Assembly: GCA_902598265.1 (NCBI GenBank)
Contig: CACKAY010000001.1
Coordinates: 77,511 to 141,510 of the forward strand
Length of the DNA: 64,000 bases
DNA from: an uncultured Pelagibacteraceae bacterium
GTDB lineage: Bacteria; Pseudomonadota; Alphaproteobacteria; Pelagibacterales; Pelagibacteraceae
Direction of reading: 5' to 3'
Shown piece by piece: positions 52,029-61,235 of the stretch. Positions within the stretch are counted from its first letter, which is position 1. Each line of letters starts with the position of its first letter. Both the position numbers and the translations under genes were made by a program. The notes beneath the pieces are model-generated. The model was not told the DNA's origin, did not search any database, and worked only from the letters and a program-made list of their open reading frames with translations.

Positions 52029-52955
52029 ATGAAACACTTTATAAATCTAAAAGATATTCCAGCGAAAGATCTTAGAAGAATTTTGATTGATGCAAAAAAA
52101 AGAAAAAAAGCAAGAAAGAAACTGAACAATCTTGACCACGATAAAGGTACACCTTTAAAAGGAAAATTATTAATACAAATGTTTGAAAAATCAAGTTTAA
52201 GAACTCGCTTGTCCTTTTTCTTAGCTATCTCCCAACTCTCTGGTCGAACTTTAACACTTAGACCAGATGAACTGCATTTATCTAAAGGAGGTGAAAGTAT
52301 TGAAGATACTGCAAAAATATTGTCAAGTTTTGGTGATGCTTTCATGTTAAGAACGGATAATGATGAAAAGTTAGAGGAATTTAAAAAGCATTTAACTATT
52401 CCAGTTATTAACGGATTAAGCCCGTCCTCCCACCCAACACAAATCCTGTCAGATGTATTCACAGTTGAGGAAATTAAAAAAAAACCAATATCAAAATTAA
52501 ATATTACTTGGATTGGAGACTCTAATAATGTTCTGAATTCTTTGATTGCTGCTTCAATTAAATTTTCTTTTAAATTAAAAATTGGTTGTCCAAAAAAATA
52601 TCAACCTAGTAAGAACATAATGGAATATATAAAAAAAAATAAGAATAAAATTACGATTTACAATGATTCAAAAAAAGCAGTTGAAGGAGCCGATGTAATT
52701 TTTTCGGACAAAGTAATATCAATGAATGATAAAGTTAATAAAAAAAAAAAATTGAGGGATTTCAAAAATTTTAAGATTGACAAAAATCTTCTAAAAAAAT
52801 GTCCAAGAGCTATATTCTTGCACTGTCTGCCAAGAGGAGGTGAGGTTGATGAAAATGTTTTTAAAAGCAAACAATCAAAAGTTTGGCTACAAGCTTTAAA
52901 TAGAGTTCACGTACAAAAATCTATACTACTTTATTGTCTTGGAAAATTAAGGTAA
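52029..52955 (+). CDS. argF: Ornithine carbamoyltransferase
   Basis: FEKSSLRTR, NGLS..HPTQ, GD.NNV, SM, HCLP, QA.NR. Follows argD. Confidence 0.9.
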   Translation: MKHFINLKDIPAKDLRRILIDAKKRKKARKKLNNLDHDKGTPLKGKLLIQMFEKSSLRTRLSFFLAISQLSGRTLTLRPDELHLSKGGESIEDTAKILSSFGDAFMLRTDNDEKLEEFKKHLTIPVINGLSPSSHPTQILSDVFTVEEIKKKPISKLNITWIGDSNNVLNSLIAASIKFSFKLKIGCPKKYQPSKNIMEYIKKNKNKITIYNDSKKAVEGADVIFSDKVISMNDKVNKKKKLRDFKNFKIDKNLLKKCPRAIFLHCLPRGGEVDENVFKSKQSKVWLQALNRVHVQKSILLYCLGKLR

Positions 52956-53489
52956 AGAAAGTGGGTTATCAGAATTTTGATTTAAATATAAAATAACTGA
53001 GGCTCTATCTTTCTCTTTTTTCAATCCAGCGAAAGCCATTTTGGTTCCCTTGATCCATTTTGCTGGTCTTATTAAGTACCCATTTAATTCTTCAAAGGTC
53101 CAATTCTTTCCATATTCGGTAAGTGCTTTAGAATATTTATAATCGGAGACAACACCAACTTGTCTGTTAACTACATTGTAAAGTGCAGGACCAATATTAT
53201 TTTTCCCCCCCTTGACAATCGAGTGACATGCGGCACACTTTTTAAAAACTTTTTCTCCATGGGCAAGATCTGCCATCGCCATCAAAGCTGCAATATCAAC
53301 TTTTTCTATTGATGCGTCTGATTTAGTTTCTGTACTAGTTGTTACTGCTTGTTCCATCTCCACGACATAACCTGGGGTTTTAGGTTTTTCCACATAAAAA
53401 ATAGCATCGGAAAGTTTTCCAATACCAATAATGATTAGAGCAACCAATAAAACAGCAGCGATTATCTTGTTTAGTTCAAATGAGTCCAT
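52947..53489 (-). CDS. Membrane-anchored cytochrome c (CycM/c2-like)
   Basis: N-terminal TM helix, CAACH, GPAL, GTKMAFAG. Confidence 0.92.
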   Translation of the reverse strand: MDSFELNKIIAAVLLVALIIIGIGKLSDAIFYVEKPKTPGYVVEMEQAVTTSTETKSDASIEKVDIAALMAMADLAHGEKVFKKCAACHSIVKGGKNNIGPALYNVVNRQVGVVSDYKYSKALTEYGKNWTFEELNGYLIRPAKWIKGTKMAFAGLKKEKDRASVILYLNQNSDNPLSLP

Positions 53490-53595
53490 TTAATTAAAAT
53501 ATTTTGAACATATAACACTATAAATTTAAAATTGCTCATATATTTTGATGTACAATTTTGCCTCTGTTTATATTGTGCTCATAGTTAAAAAAATA

Positions 53596-54330
53596 ATGAA
53601 AACTTTGGTAATAATTCCCTCTAGATTGTCTGCGCAGAGACTGCCAGGTAAACCCTTGATGAAAATTAAAGGATTGTCGATCATTTCGCATGTTTTTAAA
53701 AAAGCAGAGGAAGCAAATATTGGAGAGGTAATAGTTGCAGCAGAAGACCAAGAGATAGTTGATGATGTTAAACAAAATGGTGGACAGGCAATTTTAACAA
53801 AAAATGAGCATAAAACAGGTACAGATAGGATTTATGAGGTATTTCAAAAAATCAATTCGACAAATATTGATTTAGTAATGAATCTTCAAGGTGATGAACC
53901 TTTAATGAATATAGATGATATTAGAAACTTGAATAAAAAGATGATTGAAACTTCTTCAAAATTAGGAACTTTAGCTTCCAAAATTCAGGACAAAGTTCTA
54001 TTAGAAAATCCAAATGTAGTTAAGGTTTTGACCAAAGAAAATTTAGATCAAACAAATTTTCCGGAGGCAACAAATTTTATGAGAAATATTACTGAAAAAA
54101 AAGAAAATATTTATCATCATCTAGGTATATATTCATATAATAAAGATACTCTTGAAAAATTTGTTTCTTTAAATCAATCTAATAGTGAAATCAAAAATAA
54201 ACTTGAGCAACTTAGGGCACTAGATAATAATATAAAAATTAATGTTGCTTTTGCGAAGTTTGCCCCTATAGGTGTAGACACAGAAGAGGATTTAGAAGCT
54301 GTTAAAAAAATCATGGAAAACAAATCTTAA
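53596..54330 (+). CDS. kdsB: CMP-Kdo synthetase
   Basis: IPSR..AQRLPGKPL, TGTDR, NLQGDEP, LEQLRAL, VDT.EDL. ATG 53596. Confidence 0.95.
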   Translation: MKTLVIIPSRLSAQRLPGKPLMKIKGLSIISHVFKKAEEANIGEVIVAAEDQEIVDDVKQNGGQAILTKNEHKTGTDRIYEVFQKINSTNIDLVMNLQGDEPLMNIDDIRNLNKKMIETSSKLGTLASKIQDKVLLENPNVVKVLTKENLDQTNFPEATNFMRNITEKKENIYHHLGIYSYNKDTLEKFVSLNQSNSEIKNKLEQLRALDNNIKINVAFAKFAPIGVDTEEDLEAVKKIMENKS

Positions 54331-55160
54331 TGATTAAAATTTATTTTCAAGGTATATTTGGAGCCTATTCACATCTTGCGGCATTATCAATTTTCAAAGA
54401 TGCTGAAATTATTCCATGTAAAACTTTTGATGAATGTTTTTTAAAAGCTTCAAAAGATGACAACTCAAAAATTATTATTCCAGAGTCTAATAGAATTACA
54501 GGAAATATAGGTATTGAGTATTTAATCTTTAAATATAGGCTAAATATATATTCTGAATATTTTCAGAAAATAGAACATAACTTATTAGGTTTACCGGGTA
54601 CGAAAATTTCAGACATAAAGAATGTTTATTCTCATGGACAAGCACTTTCTCAATGTTCTAAATTTATTAAATCAAATAGCTTAATTGAACATGTGAGAGC
54701 TGATACAGCTGGCTCTGCAGAAATGGTTTCAAAAACAAAAGATAAGACAAAAGCTGCAATAGCTTCATCTTTGAGTGCTAAAACATATAATTTAGAAATA
54801 ATTAAAAAAAATATTGAAAATGAAAAAGGCAATCTAACAAGATTTTTAATTATGGGAAAAAATATATCTCAACCAGAATTTGGAAATAAAAAATATATTA
54901 CGTCTTTTTTATTCAAGCTTAAAAGTAAACCTGCAGCTTTATACCAATCTTTAGGTGGTTTCGCTATTAATGGTGTGAATTTAACAAAACTGCAAAGCTA
55001 TCCAGAAAAAAATACATTCGACTCTTTCTTTTTTTTATGTGATCTTGATGGTCATATTGAGGATAAAAAAGTTCAAAAATCCTTAGAGGAATTAGGATTA
55101 CATTGTCAAGATTTTCACGTCTTAGGTGTTTTTGAGGCAGACAAAATAAGAGGAAAATAA
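54330..55160 (+). CDS. pheA: Prephenate dehydratase
   Basis: QG..GAYS, SHGQALSQC, DTAGSA, N.TRF, ACT domain with NLTKLQS.P. Confidence 0.92.
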   Translation: MIKIYFQGIFGAYSHLAALSIFKDAEIIPCKTFDECFLKASKDDNSKIIIPESNRITGNIGIEYLIFKYRLNIYSEYFQKIEHNLLGLPGTKISDIKNVYSHGQALSQCSKFIKSNSLIEHVRADTAGSAEMVSKTKDKTKAAIASSLSAKTYNLEIIKKNIENEKGNLTRFLIMGKNISQPEFGNKKYITSFLFKLKSKPAALYQSLGGFAINGVNLTKLQSYPEKNTFDSFFFLCDLDGHIEDKKVQKSLEELGLHCQDFHVLGVFEADKIRGK

Positions 55161-55173
55161 AAATAATCTTTTC

Positions 55174-55203
55174 TTGTAGACTAGAAATTATACCTGCTAT
55201 AAT
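55174..55203 (+). promoter_or_regulatory. Sigma70-like promoter for SRP RNA/dnaX
   Basis: TTGTAG-N18-TATAAT with an extended -10 (TGcTATAAT), 6 nt upstream of the RNA 5' end. Confidence 0.6.
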
Positions 55204-55209
55204 AGTTTT

Positions 55210-55291
55210 GGGGGCTAGGGCGTTTGCTTCATGAAACCGGTCAGGGAAGAAATTCAGCAGCCGAACTAAAAGTGGAACGGGTCTAGTCTCC
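55210..55291 (+). ncRNA. ffs: Signal recognition particle 4.5S RNA
   Basis: Terminal stem GGGGGCTAG/CTAGTCTCC and conserved helix-8 core GGTCAGG-GAA-GAAA-TTC-AGCAGCC. Typical location upstream of dnaX. Confidence 0.9.
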
Positions 55292-55301
55292 TCATTAAAT
55301 T

Positions 55302-56972
55302 ATGAATAAAAATACTAAAGTATTAGCTCTTAAGTACAGACCGCAGAATTTTTTTGAATTGATGGGACAAAAAGTTATTGCTGAAACTATCATAAATTCA
55401 ATTAAAGCAAACAAAGTGCCTAATGCATATCTTTTCACTGGTATTCGTGGTGTTGGTAAAACAACGATTGCTAGAATTGTAGCTAAATCTCTTAATTGTA
55501 CAAATGGTATAGATAAAATATGTAAAGATGATTTATGCGATAATTGTGAGGCAATTACTAATTCCAGTCACATTGATGTCCTAGAGATGGATGCCGCTAG
55601 TAAAACAGGTGTCGATGATGTAAGAGACCTCATTGAATTCTCAAGATATGGTCCAAGCACATCAAAGTATAAAATATTTATAATTGATGAAGTGCACATG
55701 CTTAGTAAGCAGGCATTTAACGCTTTATTAAAAACTTTAGAAGAACCTCCGCAATATGAAAATGGGGGTAGTTTAAAATTTATTTTTGCTACTACAGAAA
55801 TTAAAAAAATTCCAATTACTGTGGTTTCCAGATGTCAGAGATTTGATTTATCAAGAGTCAAATCAGGTGAATTGTTTGAATTTATAAAAAAAATTAAAGA
55901 CAAAGAGAAGGGAAAAATATCAGATGATGCCTTAAGACTAATTGTAAAAATTTCTGAGGGGTCTGTTAGAGATGCATTATCTTTACTCGATAGAGCTTTA
56001 ATAAGTTTGGATAAAGATAAAGAACTAGATTTAAATTCTGCTCAAAAAATTTTTGGATATTTTGATAAATCACAATTGATTGATTTATTTGAATTAATCT
56101 TAAGGGGAGAAGAAAAAAAAGCCATAGAAATTTACAGAAAAATTTATGACCAAGGGGTTGAGCCGAAAGTATTTATGAATGATTTTTTAGAGCTGGTTTA
56201 TTACTTTAAAAATATTAATTCATTAAATATGGAGAGTACGAATTTTACTTTGAATGATGAGGAGTTTTCAAAAATAAAAAGAATTACTAGCGACGTTAGC
56301 GATGAAACATTAATATTATTTTGGCAGTTTACTTTAAAGACTCTTGGGGAGTTAGAAATTGTTAACAATCAAAATCTATCAATTGAAATGTTTCTTATTA
56401 GATTAATGTATTTAAAGTCCTCAGCAAATAAAGAGTACTCATCTTTGAGCAAGAATAAAATTGATCAATTTAAAAAGCAAGATGATAAACAATTCATCGT
56501 GAACGAAAAAAAGAATGAAACGATTAGTCAGGTTAAAAATATTTCACAAGAGCAAGAAGTAAAAATTGAAAATAATAAAGGAATTAAAGCAGAGGAAAAG
56601 TTAAATGTAAATTCGTTCGATCAACTTTTAAAAATTTGTAATGAAAAAAAAGAGATTAAACTTAAGTATGAATTAGAAAAAAATGTAAATTTGGTTCATT
56701 TTGAAAACAATCGTATTGAAATATCTTTTAATGATAATTTAGATAAAAATTTTATTAAAGATTTATCTTTAAAACTCTTTGAATGGACTGGAGACAGATG
56801 GATTATCACATTAAGTAAATCAAAAGGTGAGTTATCAATAAAAGATAAGCAAAAAAATAAAAAAATTAAAAATATCAATTCCGCTAAACAATCTAAATTA
56901 TATAAAAATTTAATAGAAAAATTTCCTGATGCAGATTTAATCGACGTCAACCCAAAAGAAGAAAATAACTAG
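55302..56972 (+). CDS. dnaX: DNA polymerase III gamma/tau subunit
   Basis: KYRP, GIRGVGKTT, DAAS, IIDEVHML, NALLKTLEEPP, SRC, GSVRDA. Confidence 0.96.
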   Translation: MNKNTKVLALKYRPQNFFELMGQKVIAETIINSIKANKVPNAYLFTGIRGVGKTTIARIVAKSLNCTNGIDKICKDDLCDNCEAITNSSHIDVLEMDAASKTGVDDVRDLIEFSRYGPSTSKYKIFIIDEVHMLSKQAFNALLKTLEEPPQYENGGSLKFIFATTEIKKIPITVVSRCQRFDLSRVKSGELFEFIKKIKDKEKGKISDDALRLIVKISEGSVRDALSLLDRALISLDKDKELDLNSAQKIFGYFDKSQLIDLFELILRGEEKKAIEIYRKIYDQGVEPKVFMNDFLELVYYFKNINSLNMESTNFTLNDEEFSKIKRITSDVSDETLILFWQFTLKTLGELEIVNNQNLSIEMFLIRLMYLKSSANKEYSSLSKNKIDQFKKQDDKQFIVNEKKNETISQVKNISQEQEVKIENNKGIKAEEKLNVNSFDQLLKICNEKKEIKLKYELEKNVNLVHFENNRIEISFNDNLDKNFIKDLSLKLFEWTGDRWIITLSKSKGELSIKDKQKNKKIKNINSAKQSKLYKNLIEKFPDADLIDVNPKEENN

Positions 56973-57290
56973 ATGACAGATTTTACTAAAATATTAGATA
57001 AGGCTAAAGAACTTGAAGCAAAAATGAAAGAAAGTCAGGAAAATATAAAAAAGATTAGAGTAGAAGGTATATCAGGAGCTAATTCAGTAAAAGTTATTTT
57101 GGATGGAGAAGGCATAATGCAAAAAATAGAAATCTCAGATGAAACATTAAAAGAAAATAAATCTGTTTTAGAAGATTTAATTACTGCTGCTCACAATAAT
57201 GCAAAATCAAAATTGAGAGAAAAAACTAACGAAGAAATTTCTAAAACAGCTGGAGGATTTGGAATCCCTGGCTTTAAGTGGCCATTATAA
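56973..57290 (+). CDS. ybaB: YbaB/EbfC nucleoid-associated protein
   Basis: EG.SG...VKV, LEDLI.AA.NNA. Between dnaX and recR. Confidence 0.92.
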   Translation: MTDFTKILDKAKELEAKMKESQENIKKIRVEGISGANSVKVILDGEGIMQKIEISDETLKENKSVLEDLITAAHNNAKSKLREKTNEEISKTAGGFGIPGFKWPL

Positions 57291-57292
57291 GT

Positions 57293-57898
57293 ATGCAAAA
57301 TGTAAATGAGATAGATGAACTAATAAAGATAATATCAAAACTCCCTGGTCTCGGACCTAAATCTGCAAAGAGAATTGTTCTAAAATTAATCAATAATAAA
57401 GATGAACTTGTAAAACCTATGGCTAACGTATTAGTTCAAATTTATAAAAATGTAACAAGATGTAATTCATGTGGATCTTTAAAATCTAATCTTCAAGATT
57501 GCGTTAATTGTGTAAATCCAAAAGGGAATTTCAAAAAGATTTGTGTAGTTGAGGATATTGCTGATCAGTGGTCGATAGAAAATTCAAATATATTTCAAGG
57601 ATATTTTCATATTTTAGGAGGAACAATTTCGTCTTCAACACAGAGAAAAGAGGATTTATTAATTAATTCATTGGTTGAGAGAGTTAAAAGAGATGATATT
57701 GAGGAAGTAATTTTAGCAACCAGTGCCACTGTTGAAGGCCAAACAACAGCATTTTATATTCAAGAGAGTCTAAAAAAAACAAAAGCTAAAATTACAAGAT
57801 TAGCACAAGGTTTACCCGTTGGTAGTGAAATAGAAACTCTTGATGATGGAACATTATTCTCTGCTTTCAAAAATAGATCTGAAATCAATTCAAACTAG
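57293..57898 (+). CDS. recR: Recombination mediator RecR
   Basis: LPGLGPKSAKR, C4 zinc finger, CVVED, EVILAT..TVEG, RLAQGLPVG. Confidence 0.95.
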   Translation: MQNVNEIDELIKIISKLPGLGPKSAKRIVLKLINNKDELVKPMANVLVQIYKNVTRCNSCGSLKSNLQDCVNCVNPKGNFKKICVVEDIADQWSIENSNIFQGYFHILGGTISSSTQRKEDLLINSLVERVKRDDIEEVILATSATVEGQTTAFYIQESLKKTKAKITRLAQGLPVGSEIETLDDGTLFSAFKNRSEINSN

Positions 57899-60044
57899 AT
57901 TTTTTTTCTATTCTGTTTAAATGCAGAAGAGGCTCTGTATAACCAGATGGTTGATCTTTTCCTTTAAATATCAAGTCGCAAGCTGTTTTAAATGCTAAAG
58001 AATTTTCAAAATTATCTGACATTCTTATATAGTTCCTATCGTTTTTATTTTGTTTATCTACAACTTTTGCCATAGCTTTCATGATTTCCATAACTTGAAT
58101 TTTTGTTGTAACCCCGTGATGTATCCAATTAGCAATGTGTTGCGACGATATCCTCAATGTAGCTCTATCTTCCATAAGTCCAATATTATTTATATCAGGA
58201 ACTTTTGAACAACCCACTCCTTGATCAATCCATCTCACAACATAACCTAGCAGTGTTTGTGCTGAGTTAGTAATTTCCTTATTGATTTCATCAACTGACC
58301 AATTAGGTCTATCAGCCACAGGAATTGTCAATAGATCATCTAATTTAGATTGTTCACGCTTCATAATTTTTATTTGTTCATCAAAAATGTTTATTTGATG
58401 GTAGTGAAGAGCATGCAATGATGCTGCAGTTGGGGATGGAACCCAGGCACAATTTGCACCAGCTTTTAAATGACTTATTTTTTCATTTAACATTTCCCTC
58501 ATTTTATCTGGCATTGCCCACATACCTTTACCTATTTGTGCTTTACCTGAAAAACCACATTTAAGACCAATATCAACATTATTATTTTCATAAGCAGAAA
58601 TCCATCTGGATGATTTCATATCCCCCTTTTTAATCATTGGGCCAGCTTCCATGGAGGTATGCATCTCATCACCTGTTCTGTCTAAAAATCCAGTATTTAT
58701 AAAAAAAACTCTATTTTTTAGAGTTCTTATACACTCCTTTAAATTTGCAGAAGTTCTTCTTTCTTCATCCATAATACCAATTTTGCAAGTATACTTTTGT
58801 AAGCCAAGTAATTCCTCGACTTTAGAAAAAATCAAGTCGGTAAATGCTGTTTCATCTGGTCCATGCATTTTTGGTTTTACAATGTAGATTGATCCAGTTC
58901 TTGAATTTTTCTTTTTTTTAAAGTCGTGTAATGCAGCAGTGGCTGTTATAAAAGCATCCATTATTCCCTCTGGCACTTCGCTACCATCATTTAAAATTAT
59001 TGATGAATTGGTCATTAAGTGACCTACATTTCTTATTAATAGCAAACTTCTTCCATGCAATTTAAGACCTTTTCCCTCCTTAGAAATGTAGCTTCTATCA
59101 GGATTAAGTTTTCTCTCTAATTTTTTTCCATTTTTTTCGAATTGTACTTTTAGATCCCCCCTCATTAGACCTAGCCAGTTTCTGTAACATGCTACTTTGT
59201 CTTCAGCATCAACCGCCGCAACACTATCTTCATTGTCACAAATCGTAGAAACCGCAGACTCTGCTATCACATCACTTATTCCGGCTATATCATGAGCAGC
59301 GCTAAATGCTTTTGGATTAATAATAATTTCAAAATGCAGATTATTATTTTTTAAGATTATTGCTGTTGGCTTATTTATATCACCTCTGTGACCTACAAAT
59401 TTATTTTCATCTTTAAGTTTATACTCTTTATCTTCTTTTAAAATTATAAGATTTTTATCTTTTATTTTAAGTGCAGATATATTTTTCCAACTAGTGCCAC
59501 CAATTGGAATATATTTATCAAAAAATTCTCTGACATATTTTATTACTTCTTGTCCTCTATTTGGGTCGTATCTTTCACTCCCCCCTTCTTCTGACTCAAT
59601 AATATTTGTTCCATACAAACTATCATATAAACTTACCCATCTAGCATTAGCTGCATTGAGAGTGTATCTAGCATTCATTATTGGAACGACTAGTTGTGGT
59701 CCGGCAATTTTAGCAATTTCATCATCTACATTACTGGTCTCTATTTTGAAATCTGGTCCTTCTTCTCTTAAATAACCGATTTCTTTTAAAAACTTTTTAT
59801 ATTGCTCAATTTCGATTTCATTTCCTTTGTTATTTATATGCCAATCATCTATTTTTTTTTGTAAATTCTCTCTAATTTGGATTAGTTCTTTATTTTTAGG
59901 CGCTAAATCATGTACAGCATTATCAAAACCTTTCCAAAATTTTTCAGAAGATATATCTAAATTTTTTAGTAACTCATTATTTACAAATGACAGCAATTCT
60001 TCTGAAATTTTTAGATTATTCACATTTTGATAATTTTTAGACAT
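57885..60044 (-). CDS. glcB: Malate synthase G
   Basis: AGPQLVVP, NARW.SLYD, VKPKMHGP, INTGFLDRTGD, MEDRATLRISSQ. Confidence 0.97.
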   Translation of the reverse strand: MSKNYQNVNNLKISEELLSFVNNELLKNLDISSEKFWKGFDNAVHDLAPKNKELIQIRENLQKKIDDWHINNKGNEIEIEQYKKFLKEIGYLREEGPDFKIETSNVDDEIAKIAGPQLVVPIMNARYTLNAANARWVSLYDSLYGTNIIESEEGGSERYDPNRGQEVIKYVREFFDKYIPIGGTSWKNISALKIKDKNLIILKEDKEYKLKDENKFVGHRGDINKPTAIILKNNNLHFEIIINPKAFSAAHDIAGISDVIAESAVSTICDNEDSVAAVDAEDKVACYRNWLGLMRGDLKVQFEKNGKKLERKLNPDRSYISKEGKGLKLHGRSLLLIRNVGHLMTNSSIILNDGSEVPEGIMDAFITATAALHDFKKKKNSRTGSIYIVKPKMHGPDETAFTDLIFSKVEELLGLQKYTCKIGIMDEERRTSANLKECIRTLKNRVFFINTGFLDRTGDEMHTSMEAGPMIKKGDMKSSRWISAYENNNVDIGLKCGFSGKAQIGKGMWAMPDKMREMLNEKISHLKAGANCAWVPSPTAASLHALHYHQINIFDEQIKIMKREQSKLDDLLTIPVADRPNWSVDEINKEITNSAQTLLGYVVRWIDQGVGCSKVPDINNIGLMEDRATLRISSQHIANWIHHGVTTKIQVMEIMKAMAKVVDKQNKNDRNYIRMSDNFENSLAFKTACDLIFKGKDQPSGYTEPLLHLNRIEKKSSLN

Positions 60045-60137
60045 AAATAATTTCTAAAACCCCCTTAAAATTAAGTCAAATAATTAATAGTAGCATTGAC
60101 ATTTTGTTGTCAATTTCCATAGTTAATATCATAGAAT

Positions 60138-61235
60138 ATGAAAAATTATCTTAACTTTGAAAGTGATATAAAGAATTTAGAAGATGAATTAGATAAACTT
60201 AAAGATCCATATAATCAAAGTGGACTCTCAGAAGTGGATACACAAAAAATTTCTCAGATACAAAACGAGTTAGATGAAAAATTAAAAATGGTATATGCAA
60301 ACTTAGATCCTTGGCAAACTACCATGGTAGCTAGACATGAGGATAGGCCGAAGTCAAAATTTTTTATAGATAATTTGTTTCAAGATTTTATCCCGTTATC
60401 AGGGGATCGTTTTTATGGCGAGGATCTTTCAGTTCTATGTGGATTTGCAAAGTTTAACGGTTTATCAGTTTTAGTTATTGGACAGGAAAAAGGTGAGGAT
60501 TTAGATTCAAGAATTAAAAGAAATTTTGGCATGATGAGACCAGAAGGTTACAGAAAGACTATTCGGTTAATGCAGCTGGCTGATAAATTTAATATACCAA
60601 TCATATCATTTATTGATACTCCGGGTGCTTATCCTGGTGTTGGTGCTGAGGAAAGAGGTCAGGCAGAGGCCATCGCAAAATCAATAGAATGTTGTATGAA
60701 ATTAAAAGTTCCAACGATTGCAATTGTTATTGGGGAAGGTGGCTCGGGAGGTGCAATTGCTCTTGCATCATCTAATAAAGTTTTGATGTTAGAAAATGCA
60801 ATTTACTCAGTTATTTCTCCTGAGGGATGCGCCACAATTTTATGGCGAGATCCAAAAAAAATGCTTGATGCCGCTAAAGCGATGAAGCTTTCAGCTAAAG
60901 ATTTACTAGAGCTTGAGATAATAGATGAAATTATTCCAGAGCCATCTGGAGGTGCGCATAGAGACAAAGATTTAATATTAGAAAATGTTAGAAATGCTTT
61001 AAATAAAAATTTAGAAAATTTTAAACAAGTGTCTCCAGAGGAAATATTTGATGGTAGAAAAAATAAATTTTTAAAAATAGGTAGAACCAAAGGATTTATG
61101 AGTAATTTAAATGAATTAAGTTCGCTAAATTTAGAAAAAAGTAATTTTAATCACTTTTTAAAATCCAAAAAAATACTTGTTGCAGGTGTTGGACTTACAA
61201 TTTTTGTTATAGGATTAATTCTTTACTTTTTATAA
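60138..61235 (+). CDS. accA: Acetyl-CoA carboxylase carboxyltransferase alpha subunit, with C-terminal extension
   Basis: ARH..RP, GQEKG, NFGM..PEGYRK, DTPGAYPG, GEGGSGGA, YSVISPEG, GGAHRD. Confidence 0.96.
   Translation: MKNYLNFESDIKNLEDELDKLKDPYNQSGLSEVDTQKISQIQNELDEKLKMVYANLDPWQTTMVARHEDRPKSKFFIDNLFQDFIPLSGDRFYGEDLSVLCGFAKFNGLSVLVIGQEKGEDLDSRIKRNFGMMRPEGYRKTIRLMQLADKFNIPIISFIDTPGAYPGVGAEERGQAEAIAKSIECCMKLKVPTIAIVIGEGGSGGAIALASSNKVLMLENAIYSVISPEGCATILWRDPKKMLDAAKAMKLSAKDLLELEIIDEIIPEPSGGAHRDKDLILENVRNALNKNLENFKQVSPEEIFDGRKNKFLKIGRTKGFMSNLNELSSLNLEKSNFNHFLKSKKILVAGVGLTIFVIGLILYFL

Noticed and set aside
55740-55785. Five-residue insertion in DnaX (EEPPQYENGGSLKF)
   Set aside because: Likely a surface-loop indel with all clamp-loader motifs intact. 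Too minor to support a claim.
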